This document shows, piece after piece, positions 1 to 12,290 of a stretch of 55,822 nucleotides of DNA. Location: the NCBI RefSeq assembly GCF_001194135.2, contig NC_068982.1, positions 78,492,016 through 78,547,837 on the forward strand. The letters are read 5' to 3'. Position numbers and translations under genes: made by a program. The notes under the pieces are model-generated. The model saw only the letters and a list, made by a program, of their open reading frames with translations, was not told where the DNA came from and did not search any database. The number at the start of each line of letters is the position of its first letter. Position 1 is the first letter of the stretch. The DNA is from Octopus bimaculoides. Taxonomy: Eukaryota.

Positions 1-295
1 ATATGCACACTTGCACACACACACATATACACATACAGATACACATACACATGTACACACACACACATACACAGAAGCACACATTTGCACACACAGATGC
101 ACATATACATTACACACGCACACACACAGGCACATGAATACTCTCACATGCATACACATCATACACAAACAGATACATGACTTAGAAACATGTGAAAGGC
201 AGCAACAGAAAAGGCCTCTGGCTGTATAAGATCTGTCTCAACAAAATTCCATTGGAGAAGTGGACTTTAAAAGAAAGACGATGACGATGACATAT

Positions 296-482
296 GCAAG
301 GGCCTTCTGCCTACCAAATCCACTCAGAATGCCTTGTTTGGCGAGAGGCTACAGCAACATTCACTTGCTATAGTGTTTTCTGCTATAGCAAGACACTAGA
401 GCAAGTATCTGTGCAGTGGGACAGAACCTGAAATCACGTGATTGATAAGTAAACTTCTGAGCCACACAGCCATGCTTGCACC
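296..482 (-). mobile_element. tRNA-derived SINE (head region)
   Basis: Reverse complement matches the SINE head repeated across the window (ggcatggctgtgtgg...ggttc...gtgtcttg/ctatagc...ggatttggtag; cf. 52310, 54697). Confidence 0.75.
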
Positions 483-499
483 TATCATTATATACCAAT

Positions 500-820
500 T
501 ATATTATTCAATCATTAACAGACACACTCACGCCTCTGACCCATAGACATGCCATCTCCTATTGCTATTATAATGATATCTGTTCTTCAACGCTGACAGG
601 TCTCATCTCCCTCCCTTCAAACCCCTCCCCCCACTTACTCCATCACTCTTGTTGGGAGCAATGCCCCTAGGCCATACACTAACCACTACACCAAGTCCTT
701 CCTAGCCACAGTATCATCCCTCTGGAATCTCTTCCATGTTCATGTCTTTTCTGCAAGTGTTTCGCCTCTAATAGTTTAAACATAACATTATTAATGCACT
801 CAACCTCACTAATCTTGGAT
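500..820 (+). mobile_element. CR1/Jockey-type LINE 3' remnant (RT C-terminus, decayed)
   Basis: Translation LTPLTHRHAISYCYYNDICSS...NHYTKSFLATVSSLWNL resembles the LxHRR...YxxGxCS...F.RT..LWN.LP tail of CR1-like RTs; similar to 28545-28915. Confidence 0.6.
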
Positions 821-1218
821 GACTTGCAAGTGCCATGGGCTCTGCTGCTTCTTCTCGACTCAACAAATAAAAGGAAAAATTAATCCCAGTTTAAGGAGAT
901 GAAAGGTATAGTTGGCCCTCATTGTGCTTTAATCTCTGTTACAAACAGATGAAACTAAGTCGAAAGAAGTGTCTAGTTCCACATGATGCTAGGGAACTGC
1001 CTTGAAGAGTTTAGTTGAGCAAATAGGCACCAGCACATACTTTTTTTAAAGTTGTTTTAATCTCTTAGTCTCTTTTTGCCAAACTACTAAGTTTCAGAGA
1101 TGTAAACAAACCAACACTGGTTGTAAAGCAGTAGGGTGGGGGACAAACACAAGCATAATCACACACACATATATCCATATATATATGTGTATATGTGTGT
1201 GTTTGTGTGTATGTGTGC

Positions 1219-1254
<36 letters not shown>

Positions 1255-1380
1255 NNNNNNNNNNNNNNNNNNNNNNNNNNNNNNNNNNNNNNNNNNNNNN
1301 NNNNNNNNNNNNNNNNNNNNNNNNNNNNNNNNNNNNNNNNNNNNNNNNNNNNNNNNNNNNNNNNNNNNNNNNNNNNNNNN

Positions 1381-1422
<42 letters not shown>

Positions 1423-1457
1423 CACACACATATATATATATGCATGTATATACATAC

Positions 1458-1509
<52 letters not shown>

Positions 1510-1664
1510 ATTGGTGCCGGCGATATATGAAGCTCTCAGTCTTATCATTAAAAGCATGACACTGAGTATTAGTATTTTTGGTCGATAACTGATGAAGCAA
1601 TAGGGTCCTTGTGTCTGTCCTGTGTGTACATTTTGTTGTATTTAATACATTTATCATCATCATC

Positions 1665-2000
1665 ATCATCATCATCGTTTAATGTCCTTTTTCCATGCTC
1701 GCATGGGTTGGATGGTTTGACTGAGGTCTGGAAAGCCAGCAGCTGCACCAGGCTCCAATCTGATCTGGCCATGTTTCTACAGTTCGATGCCCTTCCAACC
1801 ACTCCGAGAGTGTAGTAGGTGCTTTTTACGTGCCACCAGCACAGGAGCGAGCTAGGAAGCCCTGGCATCGATCACGTTTGGACAGTGCTTTTTACATGCC
1901 ACTGGTACAGGAACCAGTCAGGTGGACTTGGCATTGACCACATTTGGATGGTGCTTTTCATGTGCCACTGGCATGGGAGCCAGTCAGGGGGCACTGCATC
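1665..2000 (-). mobile_element. RTE-LINE 3' tail / derived SINE ending in (CAT)n
   Basis: (cat)n-cgtttaatgtcc..ttccatgct..catgggttgga...ctggatgcccttcc...gtgctttt-acgtgccacc. The same tail is joined to RTE coding remnants at 31620-32040, 43290-43530 and 55095-55560; more copies near 4820, 8990, 34465, 38200-38720, 40700, 42395, 44270. Confidence 0.8.
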
Positions 2001-2104
2001 GACCATGTCATACATATATATATATATATAATGGTCAGCTCCTGTGAAACTGTTTAAGCCATGCCAGCATGGAAAATGGACATTAACTGGTGATGATGAT
2101 ATAT

Positions 2105-2270
2105 TACGGGCTTCTTTCAATTTCTCTCTACCAAATCCCCTCACATGGCTTTGATCAACTTAGGGCTAGTAGAAGGCCGTTACCCAAAGTGCTGTACACT
2201 GGAATTGAACCCAAAACCACATGTCTGGCAAGCATGCTTGTTAATCACACAGCCATGTCTGTGCCAGTCT
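2105..2270 (-). mobile_element. tRNA-derived SINE
   Basis: Same family as 52310 on the opposite strand (ctaccaaatcc...ggctagtagaag...ggaattgaaccc...cacacagccatg). Confidence 0.75.
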
Positions 2271-2951
2271 GAAGATGTCTGAAAATTAGATGAGACTGGC
2301 AAGGGTGGAGTGTCTACGCAATCAGGACCAACCAAGTTTTAAACAACAGTAACAACAACAACAACAGCCACAGCAACAACAACCACATAATTACTGTATA
2401 TTGGCTGTTATTGAAGATAATTATTTTCCTTGGGAGTGAAAATGGGAGGATCTGATGTGGGTGGAATCTTTTCAATGTTTCCACAGCATCTTTAGTGTAG
2501 AAGTGTAAGTGGTGGTGATGGTGATTGTGTGGGGGTGATTGTGTGGTGGTTGGGTTGGGGGTGGGGGTGATTGTGTGGTGGTGGTGGTGGAGAGGGGTGG
2601 GGTGATTGTATGATGTTGGTTGTGGTTATGGTTATGGTGGTGATGGTGAAATATGTGCAGATGATAGTGATGATAATGATGATGATGACCACAAGAATGA
2701 TGATGATTCAAAGCAGTTCCTGCTTAGTTAATGTAAAACCATTTGATCTGTTTCTAACTGCTTCCCCCCTCTCTCTCTCTCCCTCTCTCTTTCTTTCTCT
2801 CTCCTCCCCCCTCTCTCTCTGTGACTCATACCAATGCAATATTGGCTTTTAATGGACAACATTTATGAAGTAATAATGGCTATCATCAGTAAAGCTACAG
2901 ATATCAGCAGAAGGAAATGCTAATGATGATGATGATGATGATAATAGTAAA

Positions 2952-3002
<51 letters not shown>

Positions 3003-3014
3003 TCTTTCTACTAC

Positions 3015-3218
3015 AGGCACAAGGCCTGAAATTTGTGGGGAGTGGGTAAATCAACCACATTAACCCCAGAACTTGACTGTAACTTTATTTATTGACCCTG
3101 AAAGGATGAAAGACAAAGTTGACCTCAGTAGAATTTGAACTCAGAATGTAAAGACAGGCATCATACTGCTAAGCATCTTACCTGGAGGGCTAACAAGTCT
3201 GCCAGCTTGCTGCCTTAA
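3015..3218 (-). mobile_element. Second tRNA-derived SINE family (second copy at 3640-3842)
   Basis: Two ~200-bp copies in the same orientation (cacaaggcc...gaccctgaaaggatg...gttgacct...gaatttgaa.tcagaatgta...tgctaagcat...tctg.cagcttgctgcctt). The minus strand carries a B-box-like GTTCAAATTC. Confidence 0.75.
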
Positions 3219-4076
3219 TGATAATAATAATTAATTCTGTTTTATTGGCCACAAGGGCTAATATAAATTAAAAACATGTAAGGACAAAGACAGGACGAAA
3301 GTTACAAAGGGTTTTGTTCAAAAAGAAAACGTTCGTGTAAGCAGTGAGGAAAACAGAGAAAGATATAACAAATAAAACTTCCAAATAATAATAGTAACAA
3401 GAATGATGATGAGGAGGAAGAGGAGGAGGAGGGGAAGTGGAGAAAGAGGAGGTGGAGGAGGAAAAGAAGAAGAAGAAGAAGAAAAAAGTAGTACATGAAG
3501 AAGTATACAAAGAAGGAGTACACAGAGAAGTAGGTGAATAAGGAGAAGAAGAAAAAGAACAACAATAATATCATCAAAAAATGATATAAGTAACAACAAG
3601 CAACAACACCAACAGTAATAATAATGATTTCAAATTTTGCCACAAGGCCAGCAATTTTGGGGGAGAGGATAAGTTGATTACATCAACCCCACTACTCAAC
3701 TGGTAATTAATTTAACGACCCTGAAAGGATGCAAAACAAAAAGTTGACCTTGGCAGAATTTGAATTCAGAATGTAATGACAGACAAAATGCTGCTAAGCA
3801 TTTCACCCAGAATGCTTAAGATTCTGTCAGCTTGCTGCCTTAAACAAAACAGCAAAGACAGCAGCAGCAGCAGTAGCAACAACAACAGCAATGATAATGA
3901 TGATGATGATGATGATGACAACAACAATAATTTCTTTTTATTTGTCACCAGGGCAAAGGATGAGGAGGACAATACATATGATTTATTCATATTGTAAATG
4001 TGTATATAGATTGAGAAAGTAAGATGGATATATAAATGGATTATGTGAGTGGGTATACATGAGAAAGAGGGGAGAA

Positions 4077-4116
<40 letters not shown>

Positions 4117-5034
4117 NNNNNNNNNNNNNNNNNGGAGGGAGAGGAGAAAGGAATAAAAATAAGATAGGGGTAAAAGAGTAAAAAAAATAAGAAAAAATAA
4201 AAGTGAAGGTAATGATAGATATCATAAATGGGTTTTGTGAGTGGGTTTATATGGGAGAGAAAGGAGAAAGAGAGAGAGGAGAAATGGAATAAAAATAAGA
4301 TAGGGGTGAGTAAGAATAAAAATGAAAATAAAATAAAAGTAAAAGTAATGATGGAGATATGTCAGTATTGCATGGGGCAGAGGTCAACCATTAAAGTTTC
4401 AGTAAAGTGGGGGTTACAAAGGACAATGTTATAGTGGTTAGTACAGATATTTAGAATTATATTTCAAGTATAATAGCAATTAAATGATGTGAGATAAAGG
4501 ATTAAGAATTAAATTTAAAACTTAAAATTAAAACTTAAAACCTAAACTTAGAATTATAAACTAAGAAAAAATACACCCTAAAAACTACAAAACTAAAAAC
4601 CACTGAAATGAAACTAACTAGCTTCTAAGATACTTATGTTGGAAATCCTAGCTATTTTCTAAGATGCTTATGTTGACAGAGGGGTAGAAGAAAAAGAAGA
4701 AATTATACACACACAAATACATACATATATACATACATATATACATACATACACATATATAAATATACATACGTATATACATACGTACATACATACATAC
4801 ATACACACACACATACATACATCATCATCGTTTAATGTCCGTTTTCCATGCTGGCATGGGTTGGACGGTTTGACTGGGGACTAGTGAGCCAGATGGTTGC
4901 ACCAGGCTTCAATCTGATCTGGCAGAGTTTATACAGCTGGATGCCCTTCCTAACGCCAACCACTCCGAGAGTGTAGTGGGTGCTTTTACGTGCCACCGGC
5001 ACAAGGGCCAGTCGGGTGATATAAATATATATAG

Positions 5035-5700
5035 TTCAATAATAAGATAAAGTCTTTATAAGAATTTATCAAGTAGCTAGCGTGAAAAAACCTCATAAGG
5101 GAAAAATCCATCATTTATTCCTTAAAATATATTTATCTATACATGAATGCCTCATGCTAAGAGGGACTCTAACTTCAAACTACCATAATAAACACATTTT
5201 TACTGAACGCGAGGAAATGCAACTCTCAAAGCTAGCCCCCTAAAAACAGACTAAACTGTAGATCATAACTTCGTAATTATTACAGTAATATGCACCTTTT
5301 ACTGATCAGTACAGTATGGTCAAGACACATAAAAATAAACAAAAAATCAACATACCAGATGAACACTTCATGTATTCAGCATAGTACATAGAAGATTGTT
5401 TATCCTTATATATCTATGTAAGAGGCGGGCTTTTCGAATTGCACCTCGGTACATGTGTTTTTTCAGAATAAAATTCAGCACTGAATATATTCTGGTTATA
5501 TTTATAATTCAATAATAGGATAAAGTCTTTTATAAAATTTATCAAGTAGCTAGCGTGAAAAAACCTCATAAGGGAAAAATCCATCATTTATTCCCTAAAA
5601 TATATTTATTTATATAAGGGCATTAATACATAAATGCCTCACACTAAGAGGGACTCTAAGGTCAAACTGCCATAATAAACACATTTTTACTGAACGTATA
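5035..5700. repeat. ~200-bp direct repeat pair (5035-5215, 5508-5697), probable pseudo-LTR of the adjacent PLE
   Basis: Near-identical blocks ttcaataata.gataaagtc...gtagctagcgtgaaaaaacctcataagggaaaaatccatc...acacatttttactgaacg with period ~473 bp, directly 3' (minus strand) of a GIY-YIG remnant. Confidence 0.7.
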
Positions 5701-5769
5701 ATGACTATGGATGGATGTGTTATGTTTGTGATTTTGTTCGCATTTGGACCTATGGAAGAATCTAAAGGT

Positions 5770-6215
5770 GTGATAGAACCTCAACATTTAAAAAAGCATC
5801 ATGTTTATTTAGTAATTGTGGTGAATTATGAATTAATATTTGGAAGGTTTCTTTTAGGCATGGTCCACAAATGGATCACTGGCCTGGGTATGGGACCCAG
5901 GAATCTATTATGGTCCATGATATCCTATATGGTACTTTTTTATTTATTAGATGGTGGATATGGTTACCTAGGGAGGTAGATTTGCTATGCTCCTCATACT
6001 TAAATGAGTTTATAGGCACAGAATATCTTTGTTTAAAATAATAGTAGATCCGAAAAAGTAGTTAGTAGAATTATGTTGTGGACCTTACATTTATATACTA
6101 CTTTAAACCTTCTGCAGTGGGCTTGCAACAGGCATTTGGTTGTGGATTGGCAGTTGCAGCTATCTGTCTTATGAGTGTTATTAGTGGAAAGGGAAGATGT
6201 GATATTATTTATGGA
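5770..6215 (-). mobile_element. Penelope-like element (Neptune-type) Cys-linker + GIY-YIG endonuclease remnant
   Basis: Frameshifted minus-strand translation CNCQSTTKCLLQAHCRRFKVVYKCKV...FKQRYS..NSFKYEEHSKSTSLGNHIHHL...YRISWTII....YP..SICGPCLKETFQIL...LLNK fits the CxCx4-5C linker, VY triad, FKxRY..H..SF, ST.L..HIW.L, CxLC..E and LLNKR motifs of Neptune-type PLEs. Confidence 0.8.
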
Positions 6216-6354
6216 GAAATTAAAATCAGAATTAAGTGTGTTAGTAGGAGATTGGATCGTATCATTATTATTGTTGTTATTATTATTATAACTATTATAT
6301 TGTCATTAGTAGTAGCAATGGTATTATGATTATATGAATTCAGTTCCACTGCAT

Positions 6355-7332
6355 AGCACCCCGTTTCAGTTTTTTTTTTTTTTTTGGTGAGTGTTTCTAC
6401 AGAAACCCACTTTTTTGACTGCAGGAATTCCGAATCCGCAAAAAAAAAAAATCATTATTTCAAAATTTTAATCCCCACCCTACCACACCCCTACCTCCAA
6501 TTTTTCACTATTTTAAGAAATTTTTTTTGGCGAAATACACAGAAAAATATGGAGATTATTATTCTGAAAAAATGTTTGTAAAATTTTAATTTTCCAAAAA
6601 TAAAATAATAAATNNNNNNNNNNNNNNNNNNNNNNNNNNNNNNNNNNNNNNNNNNNNNNNNNNNNNNNNNNNNNNNNNNNNNNNNNNNNNNNNNNNNNNN
6701 NNNNNNNNNNNNNNNNNNNNNNNNNNNNNNNNNNNNNNNNNNNNNNNNNNNNNNNNNNNNNNNNNNNNNNNNNNNNNNNNNNNNNNNNNNNNNNNNNNNN
6801 NNNNNNNNNNNNNNNNNNNNNNNNNNNNNNNNNNNNNNNNNNNNNNNNNNNNNNNNNNNNNNNNNNNNNNNNNNNNNNNNNNNNNNNNNNNNNNNNNNNN
6901 NNNNNNNNNNNNNNNNNNNNNNNNNNNNNNNNNNNNNNNNNNNNNNNNNNNNNNNNNNNNNNNNNNNNNNNNNNNNNNNNNNNNNNNNNNNNNNNNNNNN
7001 NNNNNNNNNNNNNNNNNNNNNNNNNNNNNNNNNNNNNNNNNNNNNNNNNNNNNNNNNNNNNNNNNNNNNNNNNNNNNNNNNNNNNNNNNNNNNNNNNNNN
7101 NNNNNNNNNNNNNNNNNNNNNNNNNNNNNNNNNNNNNNNNNNNNNNNNNNNNNNNNNNNNNNNNNNNNNNNNNNNNNNNNNNNNNNNNNNNNNNNNNNNN
7201 NNNNNNNNNNNNNNNNNNNNNNNNNNNNNNNNNNNNNNNNNNNNNNNNNNNNNNNNNNNNNNNNCTGAATCTCCACAGTCGAAAAAGTGGGTTTCTGTAG
7301 AACCCCCAGGCAAAAAAACTGAAACGGGGCAC
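6355..7332. repeat. ~75-bp inverted termini around an assembly gap (MITE-like)
   Basis: ccccgtttcagttttttt...ttctacagaaacccactttttt.gactg on the left versus cagtcgaaaaagtgggtttctgtagaa...aaaaaaactgaaacgggg on the right; most of the interior is N. Confidence 0.5.
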
Positions 7333-8686
7333 GATCCATGTCCTTTACCTCCGCCCAGGGCTTTAAGAATGCCATATAAACCCCTCATAACATATTATAT
7401 ATATATTTTTGAATTTCCAGACAATTTTTGCAAATTTGTATTCTACATATGGGACTTGATACGATTATGCAAAAAACAAAAACAAAAAAACTGTAGGGGT
7501 GCGTGATTTAAGGCCTATTTACCTGTTATTTTTAGCACACTTCACAACCACCACAATGACAAAAAAAAAACGAGTAAACAACACGTATTTTATAGTTTTA
7601 AGCAGTCAACATGCATCTAATGCAATAAACAGCACATTACAAATGAAATATTTCTCAAAAAAAGAAACTTATAGCACAAAGCTAAAATTTATCCCAAAAC
7701 AAACTAGCACATTACAAATTGAATATTTCTAAAAAAATTGCTTCTCCAATCTTAACTGGATAACAAAGCAAGTCTTCTGCACGAATGTAGGACAAACTCC
7801 ACCTAGGACAAAACCCCCTCGGACAAAACCCCCATAGTTAAAGTGTGAAAGCAGACAAAGCCCCCTCGGTTATATTTTTCAGTTATTTTTCGTTTTTTCC
7901 CCCTTTTTCTTGTTTCAGTCATTAGTCGGTTGTCATACTGGGGTACTGCCTTGAAGATTTTTAGTATCGACCCCAGAATTTTTTTTTCCTTTTTACTTGT
8001 TGCAGTTATTAGACTGCAACCATGTAGTATTTTTAGACGACTGTATGGAACCTAGAATTTTTTTAAAGGCAAGTCAAAGCCACCTCAGTGATATATTTAA
8101 TGTTTTTTTTTGTGTTTTAAAAATATTGAGAGCCTCCTCTGGAAAATGAAACATATTAGCCACTGCCACTGCTACCATCATTTACATAACAATTATACTC
8201 ATCATCATCATCATCATTGTTATAATTGATTTAATGTCCACTTTTCCTTTCTTGTATGGGGTGGACAGAATTTGTTGAAGCAAATTTTCTATAGCCAGAT
8301 GTCCTTCCTGTTGCCAACCCTCATCTGTTTCCAAGTAAGGTAATACTTTTCCATGGCCAGACACTTTTCGGCAAGATATTGGAAATGAATGACACTGCAT
8401 GTATGACTTATATATATGTATATACATATATATAGTCTGCAGATGAGATCCAGAGATTCTCAGTATAGAAGACGCTTAATAGTGCTCAAGCGATTCAAAC
8501 TTAGACACTGAAGTCTTTACAGGGGATCAATTCTATGGGGTAAAGAATGGCTATAAGAGGGATCCAGTTGAGCAAATATAGAAGCAATTACCTGCATAAT
8601 TATATATATATAATAATATTAGGGACAAAATCCAAAATTACAGGTAAAATCTCAATTAAAATCAATTAAAAAAATTAATATCCCTT

Positions 8687-8719
<33 letters not shown>

Positions 8720-8721
<2 letters not shown>

Positions 8722-9138
8722 ACTGACCGAGACCTTTGGAAATGTGCTGTGCGTGAGAAGACCCGGCAAGCCAAGTAAGATCGTTGCCAGTGCCCCTGGA
8801 CNNNNNNNNNNNNNNNNNNNNNNNNNNNNNNNNNNNNNNNNNNNNNNNNNNNNNNNNNNNNNNNNNNNNNNNNNNNNNNNNNNNNNNNNNNNNNNNNNNN
8901 NNNNNNNNNNNNNNNNNNNNNNNNNNNNNNNNNNNNNNNNNNNNNNNNNNNNNNNNNNNNNNNNNNNNNNNNNNNNNNNNNNNNNNNNNNNAGTGGTTGG
9001 CGTTAGGAAGGGCATCCAGCTGTAGAAACTCTGCCAAATTAGACTGGAGCCTGGTGTTGCCATCCGGTTTCACCAGTCCTCAGTCAAATCGTCCAACCCA
9101 TGCTAGCATGGAAAGCGGACGTTAAACGATGATGATGA
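8720..9138 (+). mobile_element. RTE LINE 3' end (split by gap)
   Basis: TDRDLWKCAVREKTRQAK* (same as ORF 32881-33171), followed after the gap by the shared 3' tail and (GAT)n. Confidence 0.75.
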
Positions 9139-9244
9139 AGATGATATATATATATATATATTAATACTAGGGATGAAAATTTACAGGTATATATATGATG
9201 GTCGTCTACTCCTTATGCAGAGTTTGACCACCTCCTGTACCTAC

Positions 9245-9790
9245 ACCTTAGCACCATCATGACATCTGATGTGACTTTTTAAACCAGATGCTGTTTTTAA
9301 AAGACACCCACATAGATTGCAAATCCAATTTGGACCACCAAGAGCTGCAGATAACTTCTGATCTTTGTGGATCTTAAAATGTCTTTTGAGGTCTCTGTTA
9401 GATTTGCAAAGCTTCTGGTATACATTGTGCACAGTGTGTACAGACATATAGGCAGAATAGTTGGTGGAGGTTTGTTTTCCATGGGTTTACAACTGAGATT
9501 TCAGCCCAGTAAAAGAAGGCATGGTCTGTCATGGACTGTGCACACAAAAAGGTCATTGTGATTCACCTTCTCAGTTGTAACATTCTGCCTTAAATCTCTT
9601 TTGAGTCTTACATGCCTTATCCTATCCTCTTCAAATGATTACACTCTACACTTTTGTTCGCCATCCAGCTCGATCCAAAGCAAAGGTTTCTATGTTCTCT
9701 GGATCCATTCTAGGTGACTTTATAATAATCCTTGTGCCATCCTTAAACCTTTTTTTAGGTTTACGTCAATAGTGTTTCCGCTCCACAAGC
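9245..9790 (-). mobile_element. RTE-type LINE 3' remnant with C-terminal C2H2-like finger
   Basis: IYGEL...RKPKKRFKD...ALDRAGWRTKV...FEEDRIRH...WICNLCGCLLKTASGLKSHIRCH is a typical RTE RT tail ending in CxxC...H..H. Confidence 0.7.
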
Positions 9791-10024
9791 TCACCATAAA
9801 TATATATAATATTAATATTTAGCAGAAGTACTTCTGATAAATATTAACAATATTAAAACTGAACCTGAAATCATCTTAATCTTGCCAGTCTTACTCTTAC
9901 TGGTTTAAAGAGATCATGAATAAAGCACAAACGCGCGTGCACACATACGTGCACACATACACACACACGCACATGCACATACACACACACACACACATAA
10001 CCATTCTTCATTTATATTTTATAT

Positions 10025-10412
10025 TTTACTTGTGTCAGTCATTAGACTGCAGCCACCTTGAACAATCTTAGTTGAACATAACCCCAGTGCTTACTGCTTT
10101 TAGGGAAGCCTGGTACTTATTTTATTGGTCTCTCTTGTCTAACTGCAAAGTTACAGGGATGTAAACACACCAACTTTGGTTGTCAAGTGTGAGGTGGTAG
10201 GAGGACAAACACATACACAAAGATCTACACACACATACCCATATATATATGTACATAGGGCTTCTTTCAATTTCTGTCTACCAAATTCACTCACAAAGTT
10301 TTGATCAACCCAAGGCTATAGTAGAAGAAATTTGCCCAAGGGGCCACCCAGTGGAACTGATCTTGGAACCTTATAGTTGAGAAATAATGTTCTTATACAA
10401 CCACACCTGCAC
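10025..10412 (-). mobile_element. tRNA-derived SINE, near full length
   Basis: Head (10255-10412), microsatellite and tail (tttacttgtgtcagtcattagactgcagcc...) match the 52310-52683 family. Confidence 0.75.
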
Positions 10413-10587
10413 CTAACAAAATAGAGAATTGGAAATCTTTTGGTATCATTTATTCACCGTTACTCCTATTTCATTTGCTTATAGGAATTACAGTTTTACA
10501 TATTAGATAGACATGTAAGGAATTTCTGAATGTGTTTTAAGAAGAAACAGATGGGATTTCCCCAAACTACTTCTGCAATAGCCATGA

Positions 10588-11040
10588 ATAGCATTAAATA
10601 GCTATAGAATTAAACTCTATATCAATCATAAGGGTACACAAGGCACCTACCTGCTAGAAAGAGGAATTAAAACCCTCATTTAAACCACCAATAACACTGA
10701 AAAATATGACAGATAATCAACAGTAGTCGGGTGAATGGGTAAAATAATTTGTAACATACCAATATAGCCCAATGCTATATATTTTGGTATTTGGATATAC
10801 TTGGATCATGATTTCTGGTTCTGGCGAAAAGCCTTACCTTCATCGGCAAGTCTTACAAATTGAAAAGATTTTCAACTTGTCACTTTGAACGTTGGCAGAT
10901 TTTCTGATTTTCTGTTGTATATTTCAGTGTTATTAATGGTTTAAATGAGGGTTTCAATTCCTCTTTATAGCAGGTAGATGCCTTGTGTGCCCTTATGATT
11001 GATATAGAGTTTAACTCTATAGCTATCTAATGCTATTTAA
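10588..11040. mobile_element. Fold-back element (~135-bp inverted arms) with an HHR in the loop
   Basis: Arms 10588-10722 and 10906-11040 are reverse complements (aatagcatta.atagctatag...cctacctgctagaaagaggaatt..aaccctcatttaaacca). Confidence 0.8.
10799..10851 (-). ncRNA. Minimal type-I hammerhead ribozyme, U4C core variant
   Basis: Minus strand: acttg-CCGATGA-aggtaaggcttttcgccagaacca-GAAA-tcatga-TC/caagt. Stem I is 5 bp, stem II is ggt/acc + ggc/gcc, stem III is palindromic ATCATGAT, and the site is AUC. Confidence 0.7.
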
Positions 11041-11388
11041 GGTCTGTAACCACCTATATTATTGTTGTTGTTATTATCAATTATTTATATTACTGCAGAT
11101 AATAATAACAATAACATTCTGAATATTTACTCCTTATTACTATATATATGTATATATATATAAAATTTTGAGGATTCTAGAGAATCAAGTATTTTAAATA
11201 GTGAGAGCACCAAAGTCGGCTTGGTAATTATACTTTTGTGTACAAACAATGTATATTGAAATGTACATACTCACTACAGTGAACATGAATTTGTTCACCA
11301 GTTATTCATACATTCACAAGTCACTGACTGAATACACAAAATGTCATCAAGTTCATACATGGGTACACTCACTGCACTTATTGTACCG

Positions 11389-11433
11389 CCATCTAAAGAC
11401 TCCAGATCCAAACATCTGAAACAGCTGTAGTGA
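11389..11433 (+). ncRNA. Decayed HHR-like motif
   Basis: ccat-CTAAAGA-ctcc agat ccaaac atct-GAAA-cagctg-TA-gtg. The 3' half is identical to the 19806/47708 ribozymes; G5 is mutated and stem I is weak. Confidence 0.3.
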
Positions 11434-11454
11434 ACCACAATCTGTCTGTTGTGT

Positions 11455-11489
<35 letters not shown>

Positions 11490-11641
11490 ATTTATGTATA
11501 TATTAATATTATCTTGGTTGAAAAAACTTCAATAATGAAAATATGTTAATAGTTACCAGGGTAGCAAAAACCACAAAAACTGGGATATCATACCTGATTA
11601 ATAGGTAGAAATACCAGGTTAAAGTGATGTATTTTGAGTAG

Positions 11642-11732
11642 ATATGAAGAATAATAATAAATGGAGCAAAACGCATATAAAGGAACTTATTGATTATATG
11701 CGTTTTGTTCCATTTATTATTATTCTTCATAT
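11642..11732. repeat. 39-bp-arm near-perfect hairpin
   Basis: atatgaagaataataataaatggagcaaaacgcatataa, 13-nt loop, ttatatgcgttttgttccatttattattattcttcatat (1 mismatch). Confidence 0.85.
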
Positions 11733-11859
11733 ATATATATATATATATATATTAATATTATATTGCCTGTATATGTATATGTGTATATACATATATATGT
11801 ATATGTGTATTACATCCCTGTATATACATATACAGGCAATATAATATTAATGGATGCTT

Positions 11860-12290
11860 AACAGAGGGATGTTTATCCCTTTTGACCAGTGCAAAGGTTG
11901 ACTGATCCCAATCAACCCTCATACTAGTCAAAAGAGATAAACTTCCCTCTGTTAAACATCTATTAATGTTATACCGCCTGAACAAATGAATCCATGAAGA
12001 TGATCAAACCGATGCCCATGGATACTATAGACTACACTGTAATCATCCTAGGAATTCGAACTGTGATCTCAAGAGGCCTGTGATTTATGAAAATGCGTAT
12101 GTAGCGATGCATTAAATGTTTATAGATTCCATCCAAGGATTGTTATTATATTTCTCCTACATTATATCAGTACAGCTCGATGCAATCCCCAAAAGCTGGT
12201 TCACCAGTCAGCATCATTAGACTGTAGCCAGCATAATGGAATAGGAAGTTTATTTGCATATTCAAAATGTTTCCCGTAAACAATTTTAAA
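11860..12290. repeat. Dispersed ~350-bp repeat (other copy 18945-19310, opposite orientation) with a locally inverted end
   Basis: 11945-12290 is the reverse complement of ~18945-19277, while 11861-11890 (cagagggatgtttatcccttttgaccag) matches ~19271-19300 in the same orientation. Confidence 0.8.

Noticed and set aside
943-980. CAGATGA-aactaagtc-GAAA-gaagtg-TC HHR-like string
   Set aside because: U4 is mutated, stem III does not pair and stem I is poor; likely chance.
5410-5470. CTGAAAA...ttc-GAAA on the minus strand between the direct repeats
   Set aside because: G8 is missing and stems II and III do not pair convincingly.
8470-8520. cgctt/aagcg hairpin after GAAGA
   Set aside because: Lacks CUGA and a following GAAA; an isolated hairpin only.
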